Shown here: positions 19,243-28,156 of the stretch, piece after piece | Numbering within the stretch: position 1 is the stretch's first letter | Layout of the letters: each line of letters begins with the position of its first letter | DNA from: an uncultured Lachnospiraceae bacterium | GTDB taxonomy: Bacteria > Bacillota > Clostridia > Christensenellales > UBA1242 | Assembly (NCBI GenBank): GCA_964457935.1 | Contig: CAYWFC010000003.1 | Location: 1 to 45,139, forward strand | Length of the DNA stretch: 45,139 nt | Direction of reading: 5' to 3' | Translations under genes and position numbers: made by a program | The notes under the pieces: generated by a model | The model's input: only the letters and a program-made list of their open reading frames with translations | What the model was told of the DNA's origin: nothing | Databases searched by the model: none

Positions 19243-20910
19243 ATGTTATCTAATCTGACGATAAAGAATGTGGCTTTGATAGACAACCTAACGATAGATT
19301 TCGGCGCAGGGCTAAACGTCATCAGTGGCGAGACTGGTGCGGGCAAGTCCATAATGCTGGATTCGTTAGGCTTTGTTTTCGGTGACCGCGCGGACAGGAC
19401 TCTGATCAGGCAAAATTGCACCAGTATGAGAGTGAGCGCTACGTTCGCCGATGTACCTGCGCGCATTCAGTCAAAGATAGAGCATTTGGGCATAGAGGGC
19501 AGTGATGATTATCTGCTCGACAGAGAGTACGACATCAACGGCAAGAATGTGTGTCGCATCAATGGCGACGTGGTGTCTACGCAGATATTGAAGAAAGTGG
19601 CTGGTATGCTGGTGGACATCCAAGGTCAGAACGAACAGCAGTCGATATTGAAGCGCGAGTATCAGCTGGAGATATTGGATGCTTTTTGCCAAGGCGAACT
19701 AGACCAGCCCAAGGTAGTACTAGGCGCGTACATAGACGAGATAGAGCGCATAGATGCGGATATTTTGGCGCTCGGCGGTAGTAGTGAACAAAAGCAAAAT
19801 CTGATAGACCTATACACTTACCAAGTGGGCGAGATAGAGAGCGCTGGCGTGCAGTCTGGCGAGTATGAGAGCCTGCAAGCTAAGAAAAAGGAAATGGCGA
19901 ACTACGAGAAGCTGATGACCAATATGCAGTCAGTGCTGGGCGAGATGAACGGCAGTGGCTTCGGCGCAGGGGTGAGCGAAGGACTATCCAATAGTGCCAA
20001 ACTGATGTCAGGGATAGCGGATTACGGTGAGCAGTACAGGGCGTTGGCTGACAGACTGCAGTCTGTGTATCTGGAGGCGCGCGACATAGCGGACAATGTG
20101 GCGGATATAGTGCGCAGTAGCAGTTTCGACGAGAACGAATTTGAGCGCATAGACGAGAGATTGGACTATATAAAAGATTTGTTCCGCAAATACGGCGGTG
20201 GATATGAGCAGATGAGCGCGTATCTAGTGGATACTAGGCGCAAACTAGATGACTTGGTCAATAGTGGGGAGAGATATGCCCAGCTGACTGCGCAGAGAGA
20301 CGCCTTGTTGAATAAGGTAGACGCAGTGCAGGGCGAGATGACAGAGATTAGGCGCAGATACGCGACCAGTATGGGACGCGCGGTGTGCGACAGGCTGGCG
20401 ACGCTGGGCATGAAGAATGCTGTGTTTAGTGTGGACTTTTCGAGCAAGGGCGAGCGGTACACTCGCGTGGGGTGCGATGATGTGGAGTTTATGTTTAGTG
20501 CCAATATCGGCTTCGACAAAAAACCACTCGCCAAAGTCATATCTGGCGGTGAGATGAGCAGATTTATGCTGGCATACAAGCAAGTGGTGAACACTGTGGA
20601 CGACATACACACTATGATATTCGACGAGATAGACGCCGGACTGAGCGGTGCTGTGGCGCAGACTGTGGCTGAGAGTCTAAAAGACCTCAGCGCGGACAAG
20701 CAAGTAATAGCAGTGTCGCATTTGCCACAAATATCTATGCTGGCGGATGACAACTATATGGTGAGCAAGTGCATCTCCGACGGCAGTACTTTCACTCGCA
20801 TAGAGCGACTGACTGGCGATAGGCTGTATGGGGAATTGGCGAGACTAATGGGTATGGACCCGACCAAGGCAGAGAACATCGCTTTCGTCAAAAATATGCG
20901 CAACGGGTAG
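19243..20910 (+). CDS. recN: DNA repair protein RecN
   Basis: ISGETGAGKS, coiled coil, SGGEMSR, IFDEIDAG and SHLPQ. Confidence 0.95.
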   Translation: MLSNLTIKNVALIDNLTIDFGAGLNVISGETGAGKSIMLDSLGFVFGDRADRTLIRQNCTSMRVSATFADVPARIQSKIEHLGIEGSDDYLLDREYDINGKNVCRINGDVVSTQILKKVAGMLVDIQGQNEQQSILKREYQLEILDAFCQGELDQPKVVLGAYIDEIERIDADILALGGSSEQKQNLIDLYTYQVGEIESAGVQSGEYESLQAKKKEMANYEKLMTNMQSVLGEMNGSGFGAGVSEGLSNSAKLMSGIADYGEQYRALADRLQSVYLEARDIADNVADIVRSSSFDENEFERIDERLDYIKDLFRKYGGGYEQMSAYLVDTRRKLDDLVNSGERYAQLTAQRDALLNKVDAVQGEMTEIRRRYATSMGRAVCDRLATLGMKNAVFSVDFSSKGERYTRVGCDDVEFMFSANIGFDKKPLAKVISGGEMSRFMLAYKQVVNTVDDIHTMIFDEIDAGLSGAVAQTVAESLKDLSADKQVIAVSHLPQISMLADDNYMVSKCISDGSTFTRIERLTGDRLYGELARLMGMDPTKAENIAFVKNMRNG

Positions 20911-20941
20911 TATTGACACACGTCAGACAAATAATATGTAT

Positions 20942-20981
20942 AAAAAAACGCTATACTTTTGTAGGGGGGTATAGCGTTTTT
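20942..20981. terminator. Bidirectional terminator between recN and the XRE genes
   Basis: aaaaaacgctatac...gtatagcgtttttt. Confidence 0.75.
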
Positions 20982-21414
20982 AGTATCTACCTATCAAGTA
21001 GTCTATAGATACATCAAAATATTTTGCTATGGTATACAGGATATCTAATCTTGGCTTTCGTCCTGCTTGCCAGTGGCGTAGTATACTCTCATTGAATGCT
21101 TGGCTCTGCGAAAACTGATAGTGAGACATATGATGTTCTTGTAATAAACTCAAATATCTCGGCAAGAATTGATTGATATCATATCGATATGTCTGGTATG
21201 AGTTGTCGTTTTTGATATCAGTCAAGCCAAACAAATAATCGACACTACATTCAAAAAACTGGGCTATCTTTAATACTATATCTATAGTGGGAATGCCACC
21301 TTTTAGATATCTACTATAATGCATTGCGGATACGCCACTGACTCTCGATAATTGCCTTAGCGATAGACTGGTGTCATCTATCATATCTTTCAAATTTTCT
21401 CTAAATATCTCCAT
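20980..21414 (-). CDS. Double-HTH XRE-family regulator
   Basis: Two tandem XRE domains ending IAQFFECSVDYLFG and IAKYFDVSIDYLIG. Confidence 0.9.
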   Translation of the reverse strand: MEIFRENLKDMIDDTSLSLRQLSRVSGVSAMHYSRYLKGGIPTIDIVLKIAQFFECSVDYLFGLTDIKNDNSYQTYRYDINQFLPRYLSLLQEHHMSHYQFSQSQAFNESILRHWQAGRKPRLDILYTIAKYFDVSIDYLIGRY

Positions 21415-21458
21415 ATCGCGATAATCTTACTTTTATGACAAAAGTAGACAAAATATAA

Positions 21459-21887
21459 CTAAATATTCCGTCCTATCAGGTAGTCTATAGACACATCAAA
21501 ATATTCGGCTAACATTATTAACGAACTCATTGATGGTTTTGTTTTGCCTGATTGCCATCTATAAAAATTGGCTTCACTCATATTTAATGTTTTCATCAGT
21601 CGTTCTATGGATATACCGTTATCTCGGAGCAATTTCTTCATCGTCTCAGCAAAAGATAAATAATTATCATCACAGATATGGTATTCGTCCGTTAGTCCCA
21701 TGAGATACTGCAAAGAACACCCAAAGTAATCAGATATTTTAATAGCGACAGATAATTCGGGATAAAAATCTTTATTGAAATAGCCATTCAATGTCTCAAA
21801 AGATATCCCAATATTTTTAGATAACTGCAATCTACTAAGTTCATTGTCTGTCAATAGTTCTTGTAATCGTTCTTGAAATTTATTCAT
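21459..21887 (-). CDS. Double-HTH XRE-family regulator
   Basis: MNKFQERLQELL...ISDYFGCSLQYLMG and LAEYFDVSIDYLIG. ATG 21887 preferred. Confidence 0.9.
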   Translation of the reverse strand: MNKFQERLQELLTDNELSRLQLSKNIGISFETLNGYFNKDFYPELSVAIKISDYFGCSLQYLMGLTDEYHICDDNYLSFAETMKKLLRDNGISIERLMKTLNMSEANFYRWQSGKTKPSMSSLIMLAEYFDVSIDYLIGRNI

Positions 21888-22043
21888 AGCCCTTACGAAT
21901 GAGTTCGACATTTTTCTACAAAACAACTCTCATTTCTCTGTATATTGTCTCAAATATTGCTCGAAAAAACTTGAATTACAGATAGTTGATAGGATAAAAT
22001 ATGAGTGTCTTAATTAAGAATAATAAAAATGAGGAGGATGGGA

Positions 22044-22178
22044 ATGAATGGTTGGATTATAGATATCTTGTACCAATATTTCGGAGACGAGATATCGAAT
22101 GCAGTAGAAAAAAGCAACGGTCGTCTAGTAGTATGTTTGGCTGACGGCACGTATGCTAATATCGGCATAGAAGAATGA
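22044..22178 (+). CDS. Small hypothetical protein (44 aa)
   Basis: GAGGAGG RBS at 22031-22037. MNGWIIDILYQYFGDEISNAVEKSNGRLVVCLADGTYANIGIEE*. Below the ORF-track cutoff. Confidence 0.6.
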   Translation: MNGWIIDILYQYFGDEISNAVEKSNGRLVVCLADGTYANIGIEE

Positions 22179-22197
22179 TTAAAAGGAGAATAATACA

Positions 22198-22365
22198 ATG
22201 AATAGAGAAGAAACATCAAACAACAGTGAATGTGGGCAGGTAATCGCCAAGAGTAAGACATTGAGAGACATAGATGACCTGATAGGCTACATAATGGTAG
22301 TGATAGACGAAGCGGTGGGCGAAAGCAATATATGCGGAACATTAAAAATCATGCTATACGAATAG
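22198..22365 (+). CDS. Small hypothetical protein (55 aa)
   Basis: AAGGAG RBS. MNREETSNNSECGQVIAKSKTLRDIDDLIGYIMVVIDEAVGESNICGTLKIMLYE*. Confidence 0.5.
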   Translation: MNREETSNNSECGQVIAKSKTLRDIDDLIGYIMVVIDEAVGESNICGTLKIMLYE

Positions 22366-22437
22366 GTCATATATATGGACGGACAGCAAAAAGCCGAGCA
22401 GGCGCCAAGTGAAACATATAAAATGTATATGAAAAAT

Positions 22438-22474
22438 AAAAAAACTCTATATTGTGAATGAATATAGAGTTTTT
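22438..22474. terminator. Bidirectional terminator
   Basis: aaaaactctatatt...aatatagagttttt. Confidence 0.7.
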
Positions 22475-22493
22475 AGTATTTATTGGATTATAT

Positions 22494-23249
22494 TTATCTA
22501 GACTTGTCGTCTTTTAGGCGTTCTTTTAGGGCTGTTTTGTCGAATTTTGGGAGTTCTTTGGTGAGTTTTTTGACATAGATGATTTTAGAGTTTTCGGTGC
22601 GTTCGAGTTCTTTGCAGAATTTCGTCAATTTATTGATCAAATCGTCGAAATCTTCGGCGGTGGACTCGCTGGACAGCAATTGTGCTGTCAGGAAATATCC
22701 GACATTTTTGCGACGGGTCTTAGCGTTGTAATACTCGTCATCGTCGAAGATGAAGCGGACTTTTAGTCCTGTGCCACCGATAATCTTGTACTCACTGCTG
22801 AAGGTATTGATGGTGTAGTACACGTGCAAGTCTTTGAAGAAGAAGTCGGTGTCAAACTCGAATGTGGTATTCAGCAAGTCACGCAGGCTATCGCGCAAGA
22901 ATTCTGGATGCTTGATAGGGCTGTCTTTGGAGTTTATCTCTATATCGCACTTTTTCTTCGATATCTGCGACAGGAATTTGCCATGCTCGTTTTTCTGCTC
23001 AGAATTCATCACCAAGTGCGCGGACCTGCCGTCGAGATATTTGTGCAAGCAGATGCCGGACTTCTCCAGCTCGCCCTCAGGGGTGTCGTAGTAATAATCT
23101 GTGCGCTTCACTGTGCGGGTGAAGGTAATGATGTATTTGTTGAAAAACTCCAGCACTTCGAGTGCTTTTTTCTTAGTATTTTTGTCAAACACTTCGAAGC
23201 GTACTTCTCTCTTGACGGTATCCATTTGATTGATATTTAATTTTCTCAT
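22494..23249 (-). CDS. CYTH-like domain protein
   Basis: EVRFE near the N-terminus and TDYYYDTPEGELEKSGICL pattern. ATG 23249 follows AGGTGA. Confidence 0.65.
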   Translation of the reverse strand: MRKLNINQMDTVKREVRFEVFDKNTKKKALEVLEFFNKYIITFTRTVKRTDYYYDTPEGELEKSGICLHKYLDGRSAHLVMNSEQKNEHGKFLSQISKKKCDIEINSKDSPIKHPEFLRDSLRDLLNTTFEFDTDFFFKDLHVYYTINTFSSEYKIIGGTGLKVRFIFDDDEYYNAKTRRKNVGYFLTAQLLSSESTAEDFDDLINKLTKFCKELERTENSKIIYVKKLTKELPKFDKTALKERLKDDKSR

Positions 23250-23270
23250 AATTCTCACCTATTTTATTTA

Positions 23271-23990
23271 TTATTTGTCGTTATTCACTCGCACGATAAA
23301 CAGTATAAATCTCAGCAAGTCCAGCATAGACACCACTAGGCTAGCCACGTAAGTAAGGGCGGCGGAGTTTAGTACTTTCTTCGCGCCGTCTGCCTCTTCG
23401 GGTGTGAGTATGCCAGTGGAGCGTAGTGCTTGGTACGCTCTGGATGAGGCATTGTACTCGACAGGCAGTGTGATCAGGCTGAGTAGCGCCGACAGTGCGA
23501 AAAAGCCAATCCCTGAGTAGGCGAATATCAAGCCGATAATGCTATCTGGGATAAGGGCGAGATTCATCACTAGTCCCACAGCCACCAATGGCCACAGCAA
23601 TCTACTGGAGATATTGACCATAGGTATGATGAAAGAGCGCAGTTTGACAGGGAAATACCCATCTCTGTACTGCAGGGCGTGGCCCACCTCGTGCGTAGCG
23701 ACGCCTATGGCAGCGACAGATGTGCTATCGCGAGTGCTGTCCGAGAGTGCGATAGTCTTAGTCTTCGGATCATAATAGTCAGTCAATTCGCCCGAAGTGC
23801 TGGTAATGCGGACATCGTTCAGCCCGCTGGCGTCCAATATCTGGCGTGCCACTTCGGTAGCAGTCTTTTCGCATTTAGCTAATTCGTGCTTGTAATGATT
23901 GAAAGTAGACTGCACTCTTATCTGCGCGATAGTGGCGAATATCAGCCCGGGGAGTAATATTATGCCCATTAAATAATATTCTAAATACAT
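23271..23990 (-). CDS. Membrane zinc metallopeptidase (YugP-like)
   Basis: LTDYYDP, AAIGVATHEVGHALQ, TLPVEYNASSRA and AALTYVA. Confidence 0.92.
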   Translation of the reverse strand: MYLEYYLMGIILLPGLIFATIAQIRVQSTFNHYKHELAKCEKTATEVARQILDASGLNDVRITSTSGELTDYYDPKTKTIALSDSTRDSTSVAAIGVATHEVGHALQYRDGYFPVKLRSFIIPMVNISSRLLWPLVAVGLVMNLALIPDSIIGLIFAYSGIGFFALSALLSLITLPVEYNASSRAYQALRSTGILTPEEADGAKKVLNSAALTYVASLVVSMLDLLRFILFIVRVNNDK

Positions 23991-24208
23991 AATGCACCTC
24001 ATTTTTTGATAATATTATATAATATATTTCTCTATTAATCAAATTATTTTAATAATTTATATTATATTTTTTCATATTTATAGTCTGCGGAATAAATGCA
24101 TGAGAAAAAATAATAAAAAAATAATAAAAAATATTCAAAAAATGTCAAAAAATATTAGTAAATTATTATTTTATGTGTTATACTAAAAATGATTATTGGA
24201 GAAAAATT

Positions 24209-26605
24209 ATGAAAATATTTGATTCTATTGCAAAATTTTTTGACACAGTAGCAAATCTAGTCAACATAGAGATAATGTGTTTGATTGTATTTGGCATGAT
24301 GTTATTGTTACTCATCGTCACATTCATCAGATGTAGATGCTCGTACGAGGCTAGGCTGATCAAAGCCCTCGACAAGCTGATATCTTATATGTCTAATCAT
24401 CCGCAGATAGACGAGACCAATCTGGTGGAGTTTAATAAGAAAATGAAGAAAGTACCACATGTATTGAGGAAACAGTGGCAACAATTCATGCTTTACCGCG
24501 AGCACAACGCTAGCTACTATATGTCATTTCAGCATGTGGTGGAAAATCCTATGCGTACCAGCACGTACAAACAGCAGATAAAAGTATTTAATATCGTATC
24601 ATACATATTGGCATTTTTGTCGCTAATCATTACGGCGAATACTTTGATGACTGCGAATGCAAGTGAGGTATTTAGCCAAGTATTCGTATTGCCGTTCATC
24701 GTAATGGGGGTAAACTGGATATTCACGTTATTCTTTAACGCGAGACTAAATGCTATCACAGCAGATTTGTTCCAGAATTATCAGTATTTCGAGATCGCCA
24801 TAGACAAGGCGACCAGCACTCTGCCTGAGTATGTGGACTACGAAGTACTATTCACTACCAAAGAAATCAAGCAAGGCATACCTATTTTGTTCGAATATCT
24901 GGAGAAACGCTCTATCGTAGAACAGACAGAAATGGAGAGAGCGAGACAGAGGCAGATCGAGCACGACAGATACAATTTCGACAGGACAGGACTGGACAGC
25001 TCGCTAGTGCTGGATAGGTCTGTGCGCGAGGCTGAGATATATCTGTCTAATAGGAATAGATTAAATCAAGAAATCGACCAGATAAATAGCGAAATAAATA
25101 ATATTGAGAATAATTACAAAGAGAAGAACAAAGATTACCAGCGCAAACTGCAGGCTAGCAAAGAGAACATCGAGAGACTGAAATCTCAGCTCGAACAAGC
25201 AGCATCTAATATCGAAGCAAACTATATCAAGAAACAGCAACAAGATGAATTGAGTAGACAGCTCACACTAGAGAAAGATTTCGACACAGTCACCGCGACG
25301 AGAAAGAAAGACCTAGCAGCATTGCAGGCTGAGATAGATAAGAAAAACCAAGAGATAGATAAATTCAGGACTAGTCTAGAGAACGCTATGGTGGGCGAAT
25401 TCGAGACTTATACCAGAAAAATCTATGACAAGGTGGAAGGCATCTTCAATAAAGAGAAGAACGAGACTGCTGGCGAAATGCAGAAATTGCAGTCCGAACT
25501 AAAAGCCAAAAATGAGGCTCTCGCCGAACTAGAAGGCAACGGCGGGCAAGCGCAAGTCATCGCTCAACTGACTGAACAAAAGAATTTGCTCGAGAATGTA
25601 ATAATAGAAAAGAACAAATACATAGACAGTCTATTGGCTAATGCACAGACTATCGCATCTGCAGTGGCAGAGCCAGTAGTAGCGCCAGAGCCTGAATACA
25701 TCGCTGAGCCGGTGGCAGAACCAGTGGTGGAGACAGTACCTGAGCCAGTAGTAGAAGAGACTGAGCCTATCGTAGAGCCAGTGGTGGAAGAGCCTATCGT
25801 AGTGGCAGAAGAGCCAGTCGAAGAAGAAATCAAGCCTTTCTGGGAAATGCCAGCCGAAAACGTAGTGGCACAACCTGAAGAGATAGCAGAGCCTGAACCA
25901 GTGGCAGAGCCAGCAGAAGAACCTGCAGACGAAGAGCCGACTGATGGTGAGCCAGCGGACGAAGGTATTTTGATAGAATTACCTGAAGAAGTAGAACCTA
26001 TCGAAGAGACGGCGGAAATTGCCGAAAAACCAGCCGAAGAACCAAAGAAACATCCCGGCAGACCTAGAAAAGTAGTCGAAGAGGCACCTGCTACAGAGAA
26101 GCGTGGTCGTGGTCGCCCTAGAAAAGAAGAAACTAAGGACGAGCCTGCAGACGCTGAACCAAAGAAGAGTCCTGGTAGACCAAAGAAAGAGACCACAGAT
26201 GAACCAGCGACAGAAAAGCGCGGACGTGGCAGACCTAAAAAAACTGAGACTGACCTAGACTCAACAGAGCCAGCAGGTGAGAAACGCGGTCGTGGCCGTC
26301 CTAGAAAAGAGGAAACGAAAGAAGAGACCACTGACGCTGAGCCAAAGAAGGGTCCTGGCAGACCAAAGAAAGAGACTACAGACGAACCTGCTACAGAAAA
26401 GCGCGGGCGTGGTAGACCTAAAAAAACTGAGACTGCTCTAGACTCAGCAGAGCCAGCAGGCGAGAAACGTGGACGCGGTAGACCTAGAAAAGAGGACACT
26501 ATCGACGACAAGCTAAATGATCTAAACAAAACTCTCGAAGAGAGCAGGCAAAATCTAATGAAAGTCCAAGAACAACTCAAAATGCAGGACAAGAAAGATG
26601 AATAA
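24209..26605 (+). CDS. Membrane-anchored coiled-coil protein with acidic linker and eight AT-hook-like motifs
   Basis: Three hydrophobic helices, ~200-aa coiled coil, E/P/V-rich linker, 5x KRGRGRP(R/K)K and 3x PGRP(R/K)K. ATG 24209 follows GGAG. Confidence 0.85.
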   Translation: MKIFDSIAKFFDTVANLVNIEIMCLIVFGMMLLLLIVTFIRCRCSYEARLIKALDKLISYMSNHPQIDETNLVEFNKKMKKVPHVLRKQWQQFMLYREHNASYYMSFQHVVENPMRTSTYKQQIKVFNIVSYILAFLSLIITANTLMTANASEVFSQVFVLPFIVMGVNWIFTLFFNARLNAITADLFQNYQYFEIAIDKATSTLPEYVDYEVLFTTKEIKQGIPILFEYLEKRSIVEQTEMERARQRQIEHDRYNFDRTGLDSSLVLDRSVREAEIYLSNRNRLNQEIDQINSEINNIENNYKEKNKDYQRKLQASKENIERLKSQLEQAASNIEANYIKKQQQDELSRQLTLEKDFDTVTATRKKDLAALQAEIDKKNQEIDKFRTSLENAMVGEFETYTRKIYDKVEGIFNKEKNETAGEMQKLQSELKAKNEALAELEGNGGQAQVIAQLTEQKNLLENVIIEKNKYIDSLLANAQTIASAVAEPVVAPEPEYIAEPVAEPVVETVPEPVVEETEPIVEPVVEEPIVVAEEPVEEEIKPFWEMPAENVVAQPEEIAEPEPVAEPAEEPADEEPTDGEPADEGILIELPEEVEPIEETAEIAEKPAEEPKKHPGRPRKVVEEAPATEKRGRGRPRKEETKDEPADAEPKKSPGRPKKETTDEPATEKRGRGRPKKTETDLDSTEPAGEKRGRGRPRKEETKEETTDAEPKKGPGRPKKETTDEPATEKRGRGRPKKTETALDSAEPAGEKRGRGRPRKEDTIDDKLNDLNKTLEESRQNLMKVQEQLKMQDKKDE
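26096..26495 (+). repeat. 183-bp (61-aa) intragenic repeat carrying the AT-hooks
   Basis: EKRGRGRPRKE blocks start at 26096, 26279 and 26462. Confidence 0.85.
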
Positions 26606-26606
26606 C

Positions 26607-26638
26607 AAAATATCCCCAGACATCTGGGGATATTTTTT
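26607..26638. terminator. Intrinsic terminator
   Basis: aaaatatccccaga-ca-tctggggatatttt. Confidence 0.8.
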
Positions 26639-26666
26639 GTACAAGCATTAATGTGCAAATATTACA

Positions 26667-26756
26667 CTTTGTATTATGTAATGAGCAAATAATATGCTTT
26701 GTATTATGTAATGAGCAAATAATATGCTTTGTATTATGTAATGAGCAAATAATATG
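26667..26756. repeat. Three exact 30-bp tandem repeats
   Basis: ctttgtattatgtaatgagcaaataatatg at 26667, 26697 and 26727, with no spacers. Confidence 0.95.
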
Positions 26757-26950
26757 TTTTGTATAAGTATGTAGTGAGCCAATTACACTTTTTGACTAGT
26801 TTGGCTAGCGTAATGTTAAACACTTAATGATTTAATCTGGCTAGCATAGTGCTGGGATATTACACTTTTCTAGCATATTACACTTTTTCGTCTAGTTAGT
26901 CCAGCGTAGTGCTAGGGTATAATACTATTTTATTTAGTTTGGCTGGTATA

Positions 26951-27142
26951 TTACACTTTTTCGTTTAGTTTGGCTAGCATTAGGTCTAAGTCTACGCCAT
27001 GCAGAGCGCTCGCTTGCTGGAGTGACTCTTGCAGAGCGAATGGGCACGAGAAGCAGTGCAGGCCAAAGCCCGAAAGTATCTCTTCTGCATTTGGGTGATT
27101 CGCGATGACGTCTTGCAATGTGCTATTTTCGTCGAATGTCAT
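26951..27142 (-). CDS. DUF1858-domain protein
   Basis: GLHCFSCPFALQESLQQASALHGVD pattern, AGGAG RBS. Confidence 0.88.
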   Translation of the reverse strand: MTFDENSTLQDVIANHPNAEEILSGFGLHCFSCPFALQESLQQASALHGVDLDLMLAKLNEKV

Positions 27143-27154
27143 AGTAGTCTCCTT

Positions 27155-28054
27155 TTAATAAAATTTGTATCCACAGTGGACGCAATATCTACTGCCGTCC
27201 ACCACTTTGGTCTCGCACAGCGGGCAGTAACGTGCGCGCTCTGCCGGCTCAGTATCAGTATGTGCAGTGATGACAGGGATATCCCCACCAGTGTCTACAT
27301 TGTGTGCGACAGGCGGTGCGGGTGTGTATCTCTGGCTGTCGGTCTCGCTATCTCCGCCGAACGCCGACACGCGAGTGGTATTAGGCACTTCGCTAAAGAA
27401 TGACGATGGCGACACTTGCCCAGTACTGGTGTCTGCAGATATGTCTACAGCCAGTATGCTGATACCTATGTCGTGATAACCGCGCATAAATTTAGTTTTT
27501 AGTGTATCGAGATATTGCCCGACATTGTCTAGTGGCATACCCTTTTTGCTAATAGCGGAACGTATGTCGTCAGTGAATAAGTATTCGATATCAGACGTCA
27601 ACTGTTCGCTAGATGGCTTGGAGTATTTGTACCTAATGAAACTCATAAAGTCTGTCTCATCAGTCACTTGGTAGTCCACTTTGCCACTGATTTTCAGATA
27701 GCCGGATGTCTTGTCCGCGAATGTGTAGCGTTTGATATTGAAAGCAAAGTGCATAGTCCGCGGTGCGGTGCTAACAAAGTACAGGTCAAAATTGACCTTC
27801 TCGGCAGGCTGGGACTTAGTGTCAAATCTACTCACAATATTGGGTATGGTCTGTCTAGTCAGCGCCACATCACCGCTGGCGAAGGCGTACTTGTACCGTC
27901 TGTAGTACACGTGCGCGCTGTAGCCTGACGGCACAGATAGCGTCTGACCTAGTTTTTTCTTCTTATAAAATTCGCAATACACCAAAGGCTGGCTATTTAG
28001 CACTTCGCTGGGGATGGTCAGCACTTTGGATTTTCGCCTAAATCTAAAACACAT
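27155..28054 (-). CDS. SPFH/Band-7-like protein with C-terminal zinc ribbon
   Basis: GQTLSVPSGYSA, FDLYFVST and SGKVDYQVTD motifs, C-terminal CPLC...YCVHCG. Confidence 0.65.
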   Translation of the reverse strand: MCFRFRRKSKVLTIPSEVLNSQPLVYCEFYKKKKLGQTLSVPSGYSAHVYYRRYKYAFASGDVALTRQTIPNIVSRFDTKSQPAEKVNFDLYFVSTAPRTMHFAFNIKRYTFADKTSGYLKISGKVDYQVTDETDFMSFIRYKYSKPSSEQLTSDIEYLFTDDIRSAISKKGMPLDNVGQYLDTLKTKFMRGYHDIGISILAVDISADTSTGQVSPSSFFSEVPNTTRVSAFGGDSETDSQRYTPAPPVAHNVDTGGDIPVITAHTDTEPAERARYCPLCETKVVDGSRYCVHCGYKFY

Positions 28055-28106
28055 ATATTGAATATAGCACGATTTTTGATAGTTTTCAAGTTTTTGAAAT
28101 AAAAAA

Positions 28107-28135
28107 TTGACAAAAATGCAATACGGGTATATAAT
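28107..28135 (+). promoter_or_regulatory. sigma-A promoter
   Basis: Perfect TTGACA-17-TATAAT. Confidence 0.8.
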
Positions 28136-28156
28136 ACTAGTGTTTGAAGGTGAATT

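Noticed and set aside
22363-22461. TAG read-through or recoding in the second micro-ORF
   Set aside because: TAG is clearly a normal stop in the ACP gene, pgsA, recN and others. A nonsense mutation or a chance open frame is simpler.
24209-26605. Zorya (ZorA) defence system
   Set aside because: The resemblance is only topological. There is no ZorB/OmpA-domain partner or effector gene, and a terminator follows immediately.
25564-26658. 364-aa minus-strand ORF and the many other antisense or overlapping ORFs, including those within 36267-45107
   Set aside because: These are shadow frames of well-supported genes, with low-complexity Ser-rich translations and no recognisable motifs.
26667-26756. 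Mini-CRISPR
   Set aside because: The 30-bp copies are directly adjacent with no spacers.
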